A stretch of DNA of 64,000 nt from a virus (lineage: Duplodnaviria; Caudoviricetes), in IMG/VR virus record IMGVR_UViG_3300031867_000001, positions 186,504-250,503 of that record. One strand, given 5' to 3'. Shown here piece after piece: positions 29,377 to 38,628 of this stretch. The notes beneath the pieces were generated by a model. The model searched no databases. It was not told where the DNA came from and saw only the letters and a program-made list of their open reading frames with translations. The number at the start of each line of letters is the position of its first letter. Positions within the stretch are counted from its first letter, which is position 1. Position numbers and translations under genes: made by a program.

Positions 29377-30312
29377 TTAAACCATGCTGGTGATAATATT
29401 TAAAATCTTTTTACATGGAATGGATATCAGTTTATTCAAACCAAAGTTTGTGAGTTTTGTTTTGTATGCAGCCGAGGTGATTAACATCATTAAGTACTGT
29501 GGATTCTCCAATGCAAATACCAAGTAAACACCACAAGAAGCATTAAAGTAATTCATGTACATAGAATCCAAGTTCTTGTAACGAACTGGATTGATGTTAG
29601 AAATCAACTGCAACAAATCCATGAAGTTACAACCTTCCATCTCTTTGACTTGATCAACGATTTGCTTTACCATGGAAGGTTCAACCTTCTGATTCAACAT
29701 CCGCTTTACATTAATCTTTTCAGCAGACATATTCTCGCCGTCAATCATCTTATAGAAGAATGCGATGGAATATAGCATTGCTTTCACCAAGTTATCACCC
29801 TTCATATACAACCGCTGTTCCAAAGGTGTATTGACCATGTATTGATAAGCCGTGCATAATGCAAGCATCAAATCACGATTGTTTGTAAAACGATTTGGAG
29901 TTCTATACATACACAATGCAATGTATCCAGCTTCCAATCCAGCCATTAAATTGATAATTTCAGATTGGTTCGTCAATTTTGACATGAGTGTGTTTCCGAA
30001 TACATAACACTTTGGTGTTTCTTTACCAGCAATGATGTAAGGCAATACTGGCGGAATCTTAGAGGCTGGATTAAATGTAACAACAATGTCACCTTTGTCC
30101 CATGCAGCAATTGCTTTCTTTAAGATTGCATCACCATTCAAACGCATGAATGATACAACGTCTTGAATGTCAGTTGAACGAATCATGAAATCATTGATGT
30201 GTGCAAATTCGGCTTTAACAGCTTCTGTAATACCGGAAGCTTTATTGTATTTATCATACAACGAAGTTTGTGACAGCTTTGGAAGAGCTGCTTCTATAAA
30301 AAATTGAATCAT
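29377..30312 (-). CDS. Hypothetical (probable virion) protein
   Basis: AAGGAG SD before ATG 30312; first gene of the portal operon. Confidence 0.65.
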   Translation of the reverse strand: MIQFFIEAALPKLSQTSLYDKYNKASGITEAVKAEFAHINDFMIRSTDIQDVVSFMRLNGDAILKKAIAAWDKGDIVVTFNPASKIPPVLPYIIAGKETPKCYVFGNTLMSKLTNQSEIINLMAGLEAGYIALCMYRTPNRFTNNRDLMLALCTAYQYMVNTPLEQRLYMKGDNLVKAMLYSIAFFYKMIDGENMSAEKINVKRMLNQKVEPSMVKQIVDQVKEMEGCNFMDLLQLISNINPVRYKNLDSMYMNYFNASCGVYLVFALENPQYLMMLITSAAYKTKLTNFGLNKLISIPCKKILNIITSMV

Positions 30313-30348
30313 ACTTAAAACTCCTTTACAATGTATTTTGCCCATAGA

Positions 30349-30370
30349 GACAAATTGTTATCATCTGGTC
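30349..30370. promoter_or_regulatory. Overlapping divergent candidate late promoters
   Basis: GACA-AATTGT-TATC (+) and GACC-AGATGA-TAAC (-) between divergent structural genes. Confidence 0.5.
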
Positions 30371-30417
30371 TCGGGGTGTATTTTTGTTAAGGGATTCTTA
30401 TGAAAGGAATTATTCAT

Positions 30418-31662
30418 ATGGCAAATAATCAATATTCAGTATTATATGACATTAGTTTGATCTTTAATGTCCATAATAAAACATATACAGTTGATACAAG
30501 TAACATCACTTCCGTCTCCATGTTACATAATTATGATACATTAACATTTCCGATATGTCGATTCAAATTGGAGTGTGACCTGTCATTGATTCAAGACTTA
30601 TTGGATTATCCAAATGAAATTGAGATTGTATGTTCATTGGATGCAAACGTATACCAGATGTTTGACAATTCATCAGAGTTGAACGTTGTTAGTGGCGCAA
30701 AGAATATGTCATTATGTTTGAAAGGATATATTGAAAACAAGAACATTCCGACAAATGTAATGGATCAATATGACAATGGAATCAAACGTGAAACAGATCT
30801 GAATGTATCACGTAAAGTACCAATTGACATATATGGATATCATCAGAATTTCATATATGGATTAAAACGTTTATCCGAATCCGTATATCATAACATCACC
30901 ATTCAAGATATTATCGAAGACGCATTAACCCGTCAATCCATACAAGATTTCAAAATACAAGTCATTGAACAACAAACCAAGTTTGATCAAGTATTAATCC
31001 CCAACTTAGACATCATTCAGATGTTAGCATATTTCGATCAATACTATGGAATGTATTCGACAGGTGCACAAGTGTATGGTGATTTGGATAATGTCTTATA
31101 CATTACTTCAACAGATACATCACATGTGAACAATTCCATCTTAGGAATCCGAGTTGCTGATTACAAATCCGATTCCGATATGGGTGGATTACAAAAAAAT
31201 GCAGATGATACTTACACAATGAATGTATTATCAGCAAACGTTTCCGTATTAACAGAAACAGATATTGAAAGAATCTTGAACTCTGATGCTGTGAATGCAG
31301 TGAATGTAAATACAGAAGATGTACAATCTGCATCATTGAAAGAGCTGTATCCATCCACAACACTCATTAGTGGTAAAGAAGGAACTCCGAATATTTTACA
31401 TAAACATACAAATCCATTTGTCGCAACAATGAATGCAGCTCGTGTGAAAGAAAAAATAACACAAGTAGATTTGTCATGTAATGGTATGGATATTGGAAGT
31501 TTACATATTGACACACGCATCAATTTAATGTTTGACAATGCATTACGTGGAACAGATATGTCCGGAATATATCGGATGTGTTATGCAAATCATGTATTAA
31601 CACCATTGACAGGACAACTGTTCACTTCCACATCCACCTTCAGATTATGTAAAAATAATTAA
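30418..31662 (+). CDS. Putative baseplate hub-like virion protein
   Basis: Beta-rich ORF, AAGGA SD before ATG 30418. Hub-like FDQVLIPNL...FDQYYG segment; the call is by weak resemblance. Confidence 0.4.
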   Translation: MANNQYSVLYDISLIFNVHNKTYTVDTSNITSVSMLHNYDTLTFPICRFKLECDLSLIQDLLDYPNEIEIVCSLDANVYQMFDNSSELNVVSGAKNMSLCLKGYIENKNIPTNVMDQYDNGIKRETDLNVSRKVPIDIYGYHQNFIYGLKRLSESVYHNITIQDIIEDALTRQSIQDFKIQVIEQQTKFDQVLIPNLDIIQMLAYFDQYYGMYSTGAQVYGDLDNVLYITSTDTSHVNNSILGIRVADYKSDSDMGGLQKNADDTYTMNVLSANVSVLTETDIERILNSDAVNAVNVNTEDVQSASLKELYPSTTLISGKEGTPNILHKHTNPFVATMNAARVKEKITQVDLSCNGMDIGSLHIDTRINLMFDNALRGTDMSGIYRMCYANHVLTPLTGQLFTSTSTFRLCKNN

Positions 31663-31667
31663 AATGG

Positions 31668-31691
31668 ATTGCGGGGGAGAACCCCCGCAAT
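31668..31691. terminator. Bidirectional terminator-like hairpin
   Basis: ATTGCGGGGG-AGAA-CCCCCGCAAT between convergent genes. Confidence 0.7.
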
Positions 31692-31703
31692 TCCACTCAT
31701 TCA

Positions 31704-32216
31704 TTACATTCTTGTCAGCGGATCACTCTGGTATTCCCAACCAACTCTGTCAACCTTGTTGATGCGTGCTTCATCATTCTTAACGAACTCATTCAGCTCC
31801 TTCATGAGCTGAGCAGCTTCCGGAAGCAGATTCTTGAGAATAATGAGATGTTCTACGGGAGTCTTACGAAGACCTCTGCCCATACCAAACATCAACAGCT
31901 GATTGATGATCGGAACTGCATCAGAAATCTTTCTTACTGCATCATCATCGAACTTGGATCCGATCTCTCTGCCACAGCACTTGCAGACGATCTTGCCGTC
32001 TTCATTTCTGTTTGCAGCAAGAACATATCCGCCATCTTCATACATGATATGAACACAGCTTCTCTTCTGAATCTTTGTGTCCTCTGTCTCAGTGACACGA
32101 TTATACATCTTCTTCTGCTGATCCTGAGTGAGATAGATTTTCGTCATATTATAAATAATAGGCGCAATCATCTGCTCGATATCAGGATGAATCTTATTAT
32201 TTGCCATACTAAACAA
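31704..32216 (-). CDS. Zn-finger-containing hypothetical protein
   Basis: CVH...CKCCG motif; AAGGAGG SD. Confidence 0.65.
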   Translation of the reverse strand: MFSMANNKIHPDIEQMIAPIIYNMTKIYLTQDQQKKMYNRVTETEDTKIQKRSCVHIMYEDGGYVLAANRNEDGKIVCKCCGREIGSKFDDDAVRKISDAVPIINQLLMFGMGRGLRKTPVEHLIILKNLLPEAAQLMKELNEFVKNDEARINKVDRVGWEYQSDPLTRM

Positions 32217-32225
32217 CCTCCTTCG

Positions 32226-33188
32226 TTAATTGATCTTCAAACTGATGGCAACCTGCTTCAGGTTTGGATACTGTGTACCACAATCCTTCGGCTGAATGAG
32301 ACACGTCTTCACATAATCTCCAGGGTTGGTAGAACCATATGCGGCAACCAGCAACTGGAGACACAGGGACGGATCAAGACTATTCAGTCTCGAATAAATC
32401 CACTTTGTCAGACTCTCAAGGAACTTAGCCTGGTTTACACTGAGCTTCACCCATTCAGATTTCTGAAGCTGGAGAATACCAGCATAGATCTTCGGGATCT
32501 GATCATTTGTAAACAGAGGACAATTAAGAATCTCGGCAGTGATCGGAAGATCGGACTCCATGAGTGCATATGCAACATGCTCATTACCTGCCGCAATAAT
32601 AGCAGCAAGTGCAAGAACCTGGACATCATCCATCTTAACAAACTTAGACTGGATGTGTGCACAATACGGTTTCAGGAGATATTTACCAAGTGCCAATAAC
32701 ATTCCCACGATCTCCGGATCAACGTGGGACTTCATAGGCGCGGGCTCCTTATCGTCCTTCTTCTTATTTGCCTTTGCTTTTTCTGCATCAAGTTCATCCA
32801 GTTTGAGCATCTCTTCCTGATATTCACGAATAGCTTCACAAACGAAAGAACCGACCAACGCATTGGAATACATGTTCTTCTCATGTTCCATCTGCTTCTG
32901 CAGAATTGCGAGGAATGCAGAATCTCGCATGTGTCTTGACAATGCATACTTAAATGCATTTGCGGCATCATCATTCTCTGGCGCGGAATTGATATAGCCA
33001 ATAATTCTGCTTGCTCTCTGAGCGATATCGGAATAGAAGAAATCTCTGCAATCCGAATAGCTCTGCAGATAAATATCTGGGCGAAGCTTATCAGCAACAA
33101 TTCCACGATCACGCATGTACTTTTCGAGTGGCTCAAGTACAATCGTATCCGAGTTGATGATACTTGTGTAAATCGGGGTGTTGTCCAT
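32226..33188 (-). CDS. Hypothetical alpha-helical protein
   Basis: AAGGAGG SD before ATG 33188; lies directly downstream of the tubulin gene. Confidence 0.75.
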   Translation of the reverse strand: MDNTPIYTSIINSDTIVLEPLEKYMRDRGIVADKLRPDIYLQSYSDCRDFFYSDIAQRASRIIGYINSAPENDDAANAFKYALSRHMRDSAFLAILQKQMEHEKNMYSNALVGSFVCEAIREYQEEMLKLDELDAEKAKANKKKDDKEPAPMKSHVDPEIVGMLLALGKYLLKPYCAHIQSKFVKMDDVQVLALAAIIAAGNEHVAYALMESDLPITAEILNCPLFTNDQIPKIYAGILQLQKSEWVKLSVNQAKFLESLTKWIYSRLNSLDPSLCLQLLVAAYGSTNPGDYVKTCLIQPKDCGTQYPNLKQVAISLKIN

Positions 33189-33275
33189 AGTTGGGACCTC
33201 CTTCTTGTTAATTTTGTATCTATGAGTGGTTAGATACACAAGAATTATATGTATATCTTACCAAACATTTTTTCA

Positions 33276-34373
33276 TTATACCCACTTAAACTCTTTATGG
33301 CTATTGCCATTAGAATCCTTCTTATCCGTGATAGAAGCTTTCTTACGTTTCATGAAAGCGGGTCTCTTAGAACGATTCATGCCGCTGGAGATACCACCAA
33401 CATCTGCATATGTTGCTTCAACGTCTTTGATCTCGGGACGAGGTAATCCAGCAATGATAACAGTTGCTTCACAAACACCATTATTGTCACACTGTTCGAT
33501 ATGTCTATACTCATCGTACGTTCTTTTGATACGAGAGCGAACTTCATCAAATACGCCCTTGAAATCATTCGAAGCGAAGATGGATCTGAGTGAGAATGCA
33601 GACATGAAGGTGTACTTCTTTGCATCATCTTCAGTCCATGACGGTTGGAAACCTGTGAACATCTTGGTTGTGATTTCACGAGTAAGTTTCGGAATGTCTG
33701 GAGCTGCAGCAGTAATTGCGACAAATCTGCCAGGAGTACTGAGAATGACGTCCAAGTCTTGATCATCAATGGAATCCAATGATGTATCATGATAACGTTT
33801 ACCAAAGATGATTTCAATCAAATCAGCAACTTCATTATTGATTGGACCATAATTGGAATCACCTGCACGATTGCGGAATACGTTATATGTCTCCACACCA
33901 ACTTCATCCAGTTCAATGAACAAGTCATTTGTATTCAGATGATATGCATCTGGATCGTCCATGCTGGGGCATACAATGATCGGAATCACGTGAATTCCAA
34001 GTTCAATCAGTGAACGACACAGCGGTACAATGGAACCACTTCCAGTACCACCAGCCGCAGATGAAATCACAACAACTGGACTCTTGGCACTTTCAGCAGC
34101 TGCATACATCTCATCAAATGCACCTTGATCTTCATGATACTTGAACATTGCAGCACCACGTTCACGATCACGACCACTGCCGCTGTTCTCATCAGAAATG
34201 ATCGGAATGAACTTCACATTCGAGTTGATGTTGTCCAGTGTAACGCCAGAAACAACAGAGTCAATTGCAAACATCTTTGTTCCATTGGAACTGGATCTAC
34301 TTGCAAAAGTTCTTAAGATCTGGCATCCAGCGTTACCTGCTGAAATCACAACATGTGAGCTTTTGTTTTCCAT
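33276..34373 (-). CDS. phuZ: Tubulin/FtsZ-family GTPase (PhuZ/TubZ-like)
   Basis: T1 SAGNAGCQ, T3 GSGRDRERG, signature AGGTGSG, T7 IDDQD, basic C-terminal tail. Confidence 0.88.
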   Translation of the reverse strand: MENKSSHVVISAGNAGCQILRTFASRSSSNGTKMFAIDSVVSGVTLDNINSNVKFIPIISDENSGSGRDRERGAAMFKYHEDQGAFDEMYAAAESAKSPVVVISSAAGGTGSGSIVPLCRSLIELGIHVIPIIVCPSMDDPDAYHLNTNDLFIELDEVGVETYNVFRNRAGDSNYGPINNEVADLIEIIFGKRYHDTSLDSIDDQDLDVILSTPGRFVAITAAAPDIPKLTREITTKMFTGFQPSWTEDDAKKYTFMSAFSLRSIFASNDFKGVFDEVRSRIKRTYDEYRHIEQCDNNGVCEATVIIAGLPRPEIKDVEATYADVGGISSGMNRSKRPAFMKRKKASITDKKDSNGNSHKEFKWV

Positions 34374-34413
34374 TTGTAAACACCTCTCTTAATGATTTTA
34401 TGAAATACACAAC

Positions 34414-34438
34414 GAAGGGGGTTTGTGAAACCCCCTTC
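34414..34438 (-). terminator. Terminator-like hairpin
   Basis: GAAGGGGGTTT-GTG-AAACCCCCTTC. Confidence 0.55.
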
Positions 34439-34453
34439 ATCGTATATCACATA

Positions 34454-35164
34454 TCAGAACTTTTTCGCATCACCCTTGATACTCTGCTTCACCATAGAAC
34501 CAGGTGTCAGAATGATCTGTTCACCATCATAAACATCAATTGTGAAGATGTTATACATATTCACTTCGCATTTGTTTTCGATGGCGATCTGTACACCGGC
34601 AGCATACATTGCAGCAATGACAATGAATACAGTCGGTGCAACAATCATGTCAATACCATAATCCGTAATCAACTTCGAGAATACAGCGTTCTCAATCTCG
34701 GATAATGTTTCTGTCAGATTCTCAGTTCTCCAAGCATTATACTTCTGCAGAAGTGTATTCTTGAACGAAGAACCAGGGATGTCATTATGTTCGCGAATAC
34801 GGAACATCGGGATTCTCTTGTGGATCAACTGCGGAACGATGTTGCTGTTCTTCTCATTCTCAGAATGCTCGGTCTTATATTCCATGGAAACACCACAGAT
34901 ATCAACCGAGAATTCCGGAACCTTCTGGCTTGCAACAAAGCTGAGGATCTTCTCCCAGGTCTCAACAAATACGATCGGGAGCTGTCTCGGATTTGTGATC
35001 TTGAACTGGAACTCATTCCAAATGAGATTGGTTGCGACCTCAGGAATGTCCGTAATCAGCATGGGATCACGAGTGAATCCTTTCATCTCCAGATAATTAT
35101 TCTGGATATTGGCGAAATATTTCGCCATCTCTTCGGGGTTGTTTGCGTTTGGTACATTGCTCAT
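34454..35164 (-). CDS. Hypothetical protein
   Basis: 236 aa, AAGGA SD, biased codons. Confidence 0.75.
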   Translation of the reverse strand: MSNVPNANNPEEMAKYFANIQNNYLEMKGFTRDPMLITDIPEVATNLIWNEFQFKITNPRQLPIVFVETWEKILSFVASQKVPEFSVDICGVSMEYKTEHSENEKNSNIVPQLIHKRIPMFRIREHNDIPGSSFKNTLLQKYNAWRTENLTETLSEIENAVFSKLITDYGIDMIVAPTVFIVIAAMYAAGVQIAIENKCEVNMYNIFTIDVYDGEQIILTPGSMVKQSIKGDAKKF

Positions 35165-35313
35165 GGTTAACTCTTCCTTTCTACTTTACCATTATATGGT
35201 GAACTAATCCATACAGTATCCCGTATAGACCATTCAAAAAATATAATTATACAAAATAAAAATTTTGCATGATTATATCATTATCATGTACATAAAACGA
35301 TGGAGGTTTTAAT

Positions 35314-37836
35314 ATGAAAATTATGTATTTGAAATTAGTTAACTTTGCTGATATTTATGCAGCAATGCATTTGACAGAAATTGAGTTTGATTTTAAAGAC
35401 ATCGACAAACCCATTATTCAGATATATGGAAAGAATCGATCTGGTAAAACCGTATTGATTCAGAAGTTACATCCATTCTCATCCATCAATTTAAACGGTG
35501 ATGACAGAAATGATGTTCCGTTAATCATACAATCAGAAACGGGTATGAAGCAAATTGTATATGAGATGAATGGTGACATATATCAATTTACGCACACATA
35601 TAAACCGAATGCACATGGACATACCGTATCATCATCATTTATCAAGAATGGAGAAGAATTGAATGCAGCGGGTGGTGTAAACACGTTCAATCAATTGGTC
35701 GAACATGAATTCGGTATCAATAGGTACATATTTCAATTTGTAATTAATGGAACACAATTGACATCATTCGCGGGATTGAATCAAACACAACGTAAGAATC
35801 TACTCAACAAAGCAATGGGTATAGATATTTATGATAAGATTCATAAGTTATCCACAGAGGATTATCGATACACATCCAAATTGATTACTTCATTAAACAA
35901 TTCCATTGAATACTTATTGCAGAATTATGGATCAATTGAAACGTTGAAAGTTGTATTAGATCAAACCCAAAAGAATTATGATACATTGACGGATAATATG
36001 TCGAATATCAAATCCAAGATTGATCAACACACGGGAGTGATTCATTCTTTACAGTCTCAAAATATTGAACAGTCATTGTTTGAAATCAATCAAAAGATGA
36101 CACAATACAATTCAACCGTTCAATCCATTGGTACATTCAATGAGAATGTGTATGATGATTTGGTCAATGAACAAATCAAGTTGAATCAACGTTTGAATGA
36201 ATTGAACACAAATCGTTTGGTAATGTTAAAAGACCAAGATGCATTGTTTGAAAAACGCAATTCTATCAACGATGAGATTCAATCCAATCAAAGATCCATT
36301 GAAGAATATAACAATCTGAAATCAATGCAAACGGAATTAACAAACAAAATCACATCCATTCAAATTGACTATGACATTGAATCCACATCATCTACGATCT
36401 TATCCACAATGTCACTTGCACAAGCAATCAATGACACTGCTCGTGAAATATCCATTTCCTTGAATCAACAGCATTTGAATCTGTTCTGTGATATGATTCT
36501 GAATCATGTTGATATATCCGGATTCTTGATTAAAGAAGGATCTGTGTTGATGGATTCTGAAAAAGAGAAAACCGTCATAACCAGAATCCGATCCATGTTG
36601 TCAACTGTACCGGGTGATGATATTAAATGTGGACATACAACGGACTGTTTATATCGAAATACATTTGACAAGTTATCCCAGTATTTTGTATCATATGAAT
36701 CCGTCACAGATGGTACATTTACACAATATGATTTAGAGCAGTTTGAACATGCTCACAAGAATTACCAAACTATTACACGTTTAATCCGTTCACAAGTACC
36801 ACCTGAATTATCATATGATTTCTCAATCGAGTCTATCATCACAAATATCAAGAATCACAAAGAACCAGTCAATGTTGAACATATCAAAGAATTGGCAACA
36901 ATCGCATCCAATATCGAATTACGAAACCAATACATCAAACAGCTCCATGATGTTGAACAATATTTATCACACATGAATGCTGTTAAGACAAATATCTCAT
37001 CTGATCCGAATGAACGCTTACAAGCCATCTTAAACAAGATCCAAACTATACAATCCAATGTTGCATCCATCAATACGGAGATGGAATCATTACGTGCATC
37101 CATTGATCAAAATGAACAAACGCGACTTCGTTTATCTTCCATTAAGAATATTGACATTAAGGATTTGACAAAACGTCATAAACAGCTATCCAAACAATAT
37201 GAACAATTAACAGCGTCCAAACAAATGTTATCCGATTTATCCACACAATATCAATCATTACAATCCCAACATATCCAAGTTCAACAGAAGCTCAAATCCT
37301 TACAAGATGCATATCAACAATATCTGAATACAATGGAAGAGATTACGAAACATACTGTGTTGGATAATAAGTATAAGATCATTTCAGAAGCAACTTCATC
37401 CACCAAAGGAAAGCCAGTATATGCAATAAAAGATACAATGCATCAAGCATTACAAATATCCAATCGATTGTTGAATGTGATGTATGATGGTGAGATTGAG
37501 CTATTACCACCCATCATTGATGAGACATCATTCACATTACCATTCCGCTGCGGAATTAATACATCAGATGATATTAAGACTGGTTCACAGTCAGAATCGA
37601 CATTATTATCATTGGCATTGTCTATGTCATTGGCGTCCATGCTGACACATTACAATGTATTCTTATTGGATGAATGTGATGGATATTTGGATACGTCCAT
37701 GCGAGATGCATTCGTGACAATGTTACAAGACATTATGACGACACTCAAGATGGATCAAATGTTCATTATATCCCATTCTATCCAGCCTGGGCAATATGAT
37801 CATATCGTACATGTTATTGATATATCACATGATTGA
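35314..37836 (+). CDS. sbcC: SbcC/Rad50-like SMC ATPase
   Basis: Walker A GKNRSGKT, long coiled coils with central CGHTTDC, signature GSQSE, Walker B LLDE, ISH. Confidence 0.85.
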   Translation: MKIMYLKLVNFADIYAAMHLTEIEFDFKDIDKPIIQIYGKNRSGKTVLIQKLHPFSSINLNGDDRNDVPLIIQSETGMKQIVYEMNGDIYQFTHTYKPNAHGHTVSSSFIKNGEELNAAGGVNTFNQLVEHEFGINRYIFQFVINGTQLTSFAGLNQTQRKNLLNKAMGIDIYDKIHKLSTEDYRYTSKLITSLNNSIEYLLQNYGSIETLKVVLDQTQKNYDTLTDNMSNIKSKIDQHTGVIHSLQSQNIEQSLFEINQKMTQYNSTVQSIGTFNENVYDDLVNEQIKLNQRLNELNTNRLVMLKDQDALFEKRNSINDEIQSNQRSIEEYNNLKSMQTELTNKITSIQIDYDIESTSSTILSTMSLAQAINDTAREISISLNQQHLNLFCDMILNHVDISGFLIKEGSVLMDSEKEKTVITRIRSMLSTVPGDDIKCGHTTDCLYRNTFDKLSQYFVSYESVTDGTFTQYDLEQFEHAHKNYQTITRLIRSQVPPELSYDFSIESIITNIKNHKEPVNVEHIKELATIASNIELRNQYIKQLHDVEQYLSHMNAVKTNISSDPNERLQAILNKIQTIQSNVASINTEMESLRASIDQNEQTRLRLSSIKNIDIKDLTKRHKQLSKQYEQLTASKQMLSDLSTQYQSLQSQHIQVQQKLKSLQDAYQQYLNTMEEITKHTVLDNKYKIISEATSSTKGKPVYAIKDTMHQALQISNRLLNVMYDGEIELLPPIIDETSFTLPFRCGINTSDDIKTGSQSESTLLSLALSMSLASMLTHYNVFLLDECDGYLDTSMRDAFVTMLQDIMTTLKMDQMFIISHSIQPGQYDHIVHVIDISHD

Positions 37837-37843
37837 TTTGAAT

Positions 37844-37870
37844 GATATGGGGGCATTTAGCCCCCATATC
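37844..37870 (+). terminator. Terminator-like hairpin
   Basis: GATATGGGGGC-ATTTA-GCCCCCATATC. Confidence 0.65.
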
Positions 37871-37927
37871 TCCAATTCGGTAGCATACATAAAAATCGCC
37901 CATTTTTCTATTTTTTTAATTTTTGAA

Positions 37928-37956
37928 ATATATATAATTAATATGAATAAGAAGGA
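37928..37956 (+). promoter_or_regulatory. Candidate early promoter (29-bp repeat, copy 2)
   Basis: Identical to the reverse complement of 23241-23269. Confidence 0.6.
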
Positions 37957-38143
37957 ACAAAGGGTTCTTTCGCGGTCCCCCGGCGATTGAAAATAAGGGG
38001 TAGATTAATAGGTTTAATACACCTATGATTGAGAACCGAGATTCCTGAAACATTCATATTATCCAGAAGCCCCCTGGAAAATCAAATGGGTCACGGCACC
38101 GACTGCCACAATCGAAAGATTGAAAACATGGGAAAGGTCTACT

Positions 38144-38491
38144 ATGACTAACATGAATAACACTACAGCAATGGCAAATCTCTTTGACGGTTACGCTCAG
38201 CTTAATCATGACGAAAAACAGTTCGTCGTTGGCTTGGCAAACTATGATCTGGCTGCTGAGAACGCAGCCATCAAGCGCGCCAAGAATGAAGCTAAGGTTG
38301 AGAACTTCAAGGAGTTTACCCACGATCACCCGGTTGCAACTGCAGCAATTGTTGTTGGTACAGCAGCAGCGACTGCTCTGGTAGTAGCTGGAGTCGTAGT
38401 GGGTGTCAAGAAAGCAATCGAATCCAACAATGACGGTTCCTGCTGCGATTCCGCAGCTACCGCTGAAGGTCTGGTAGAGGCGGTGATGTAA
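38144..38491 (+). CDS. Small membrane protein
   Basis: GAAAGG SD, ATG 38144, hydrophobic VATAAIVVGTAAATALVVAGVVVGV followed by KK. Confidence 0.7.
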   Translation: MTNMNNTTAMANLFDGYAQLNHDEKQFVVGLANYDLAAENAAIKRAKNEAKVENFKEFTHDHPVATAAIVVGTAAATALVVAGVVVGVKKAIESNNDGSCCDSAATAEGLVEAVM

Positions 38492-38492
38492 T

Positions 38493-38567
38493 ATGTACAT
38501 CACCCGCCTCGATTGGGATGACATCTTCGACTCGCTCGGAGATGCCATCTCCGATTTCGGATCCTGA
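38493..38567 (+). CDS. 24-aa acidic peptide MYITRLDWDDIFDSLGDAISDFGS
   Basis: ATG separated by 1 nt from the upstream stop, GAGGCGGTG SD, TGA just before the terminator. Confidence 0.5.
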   Translation: MYITRLDWDDIFDSLGDAISDFGS

Positions 38568-38581
38568 CAACGAACATGCGC

Positions 38582-38606
38582 GATCCCCCGCTTAAAGCGG
38601 GGGATC
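38582..38606. terminator. Bidirectional terminator-like hairpin
   Basis: GATCCCCCGC-TTAAA-GCGGGGGATC with a downstream T-run. Confidence 0.7.
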
Positions 38607-38628
38607 AATCGCATAATAATTTTTTTTG

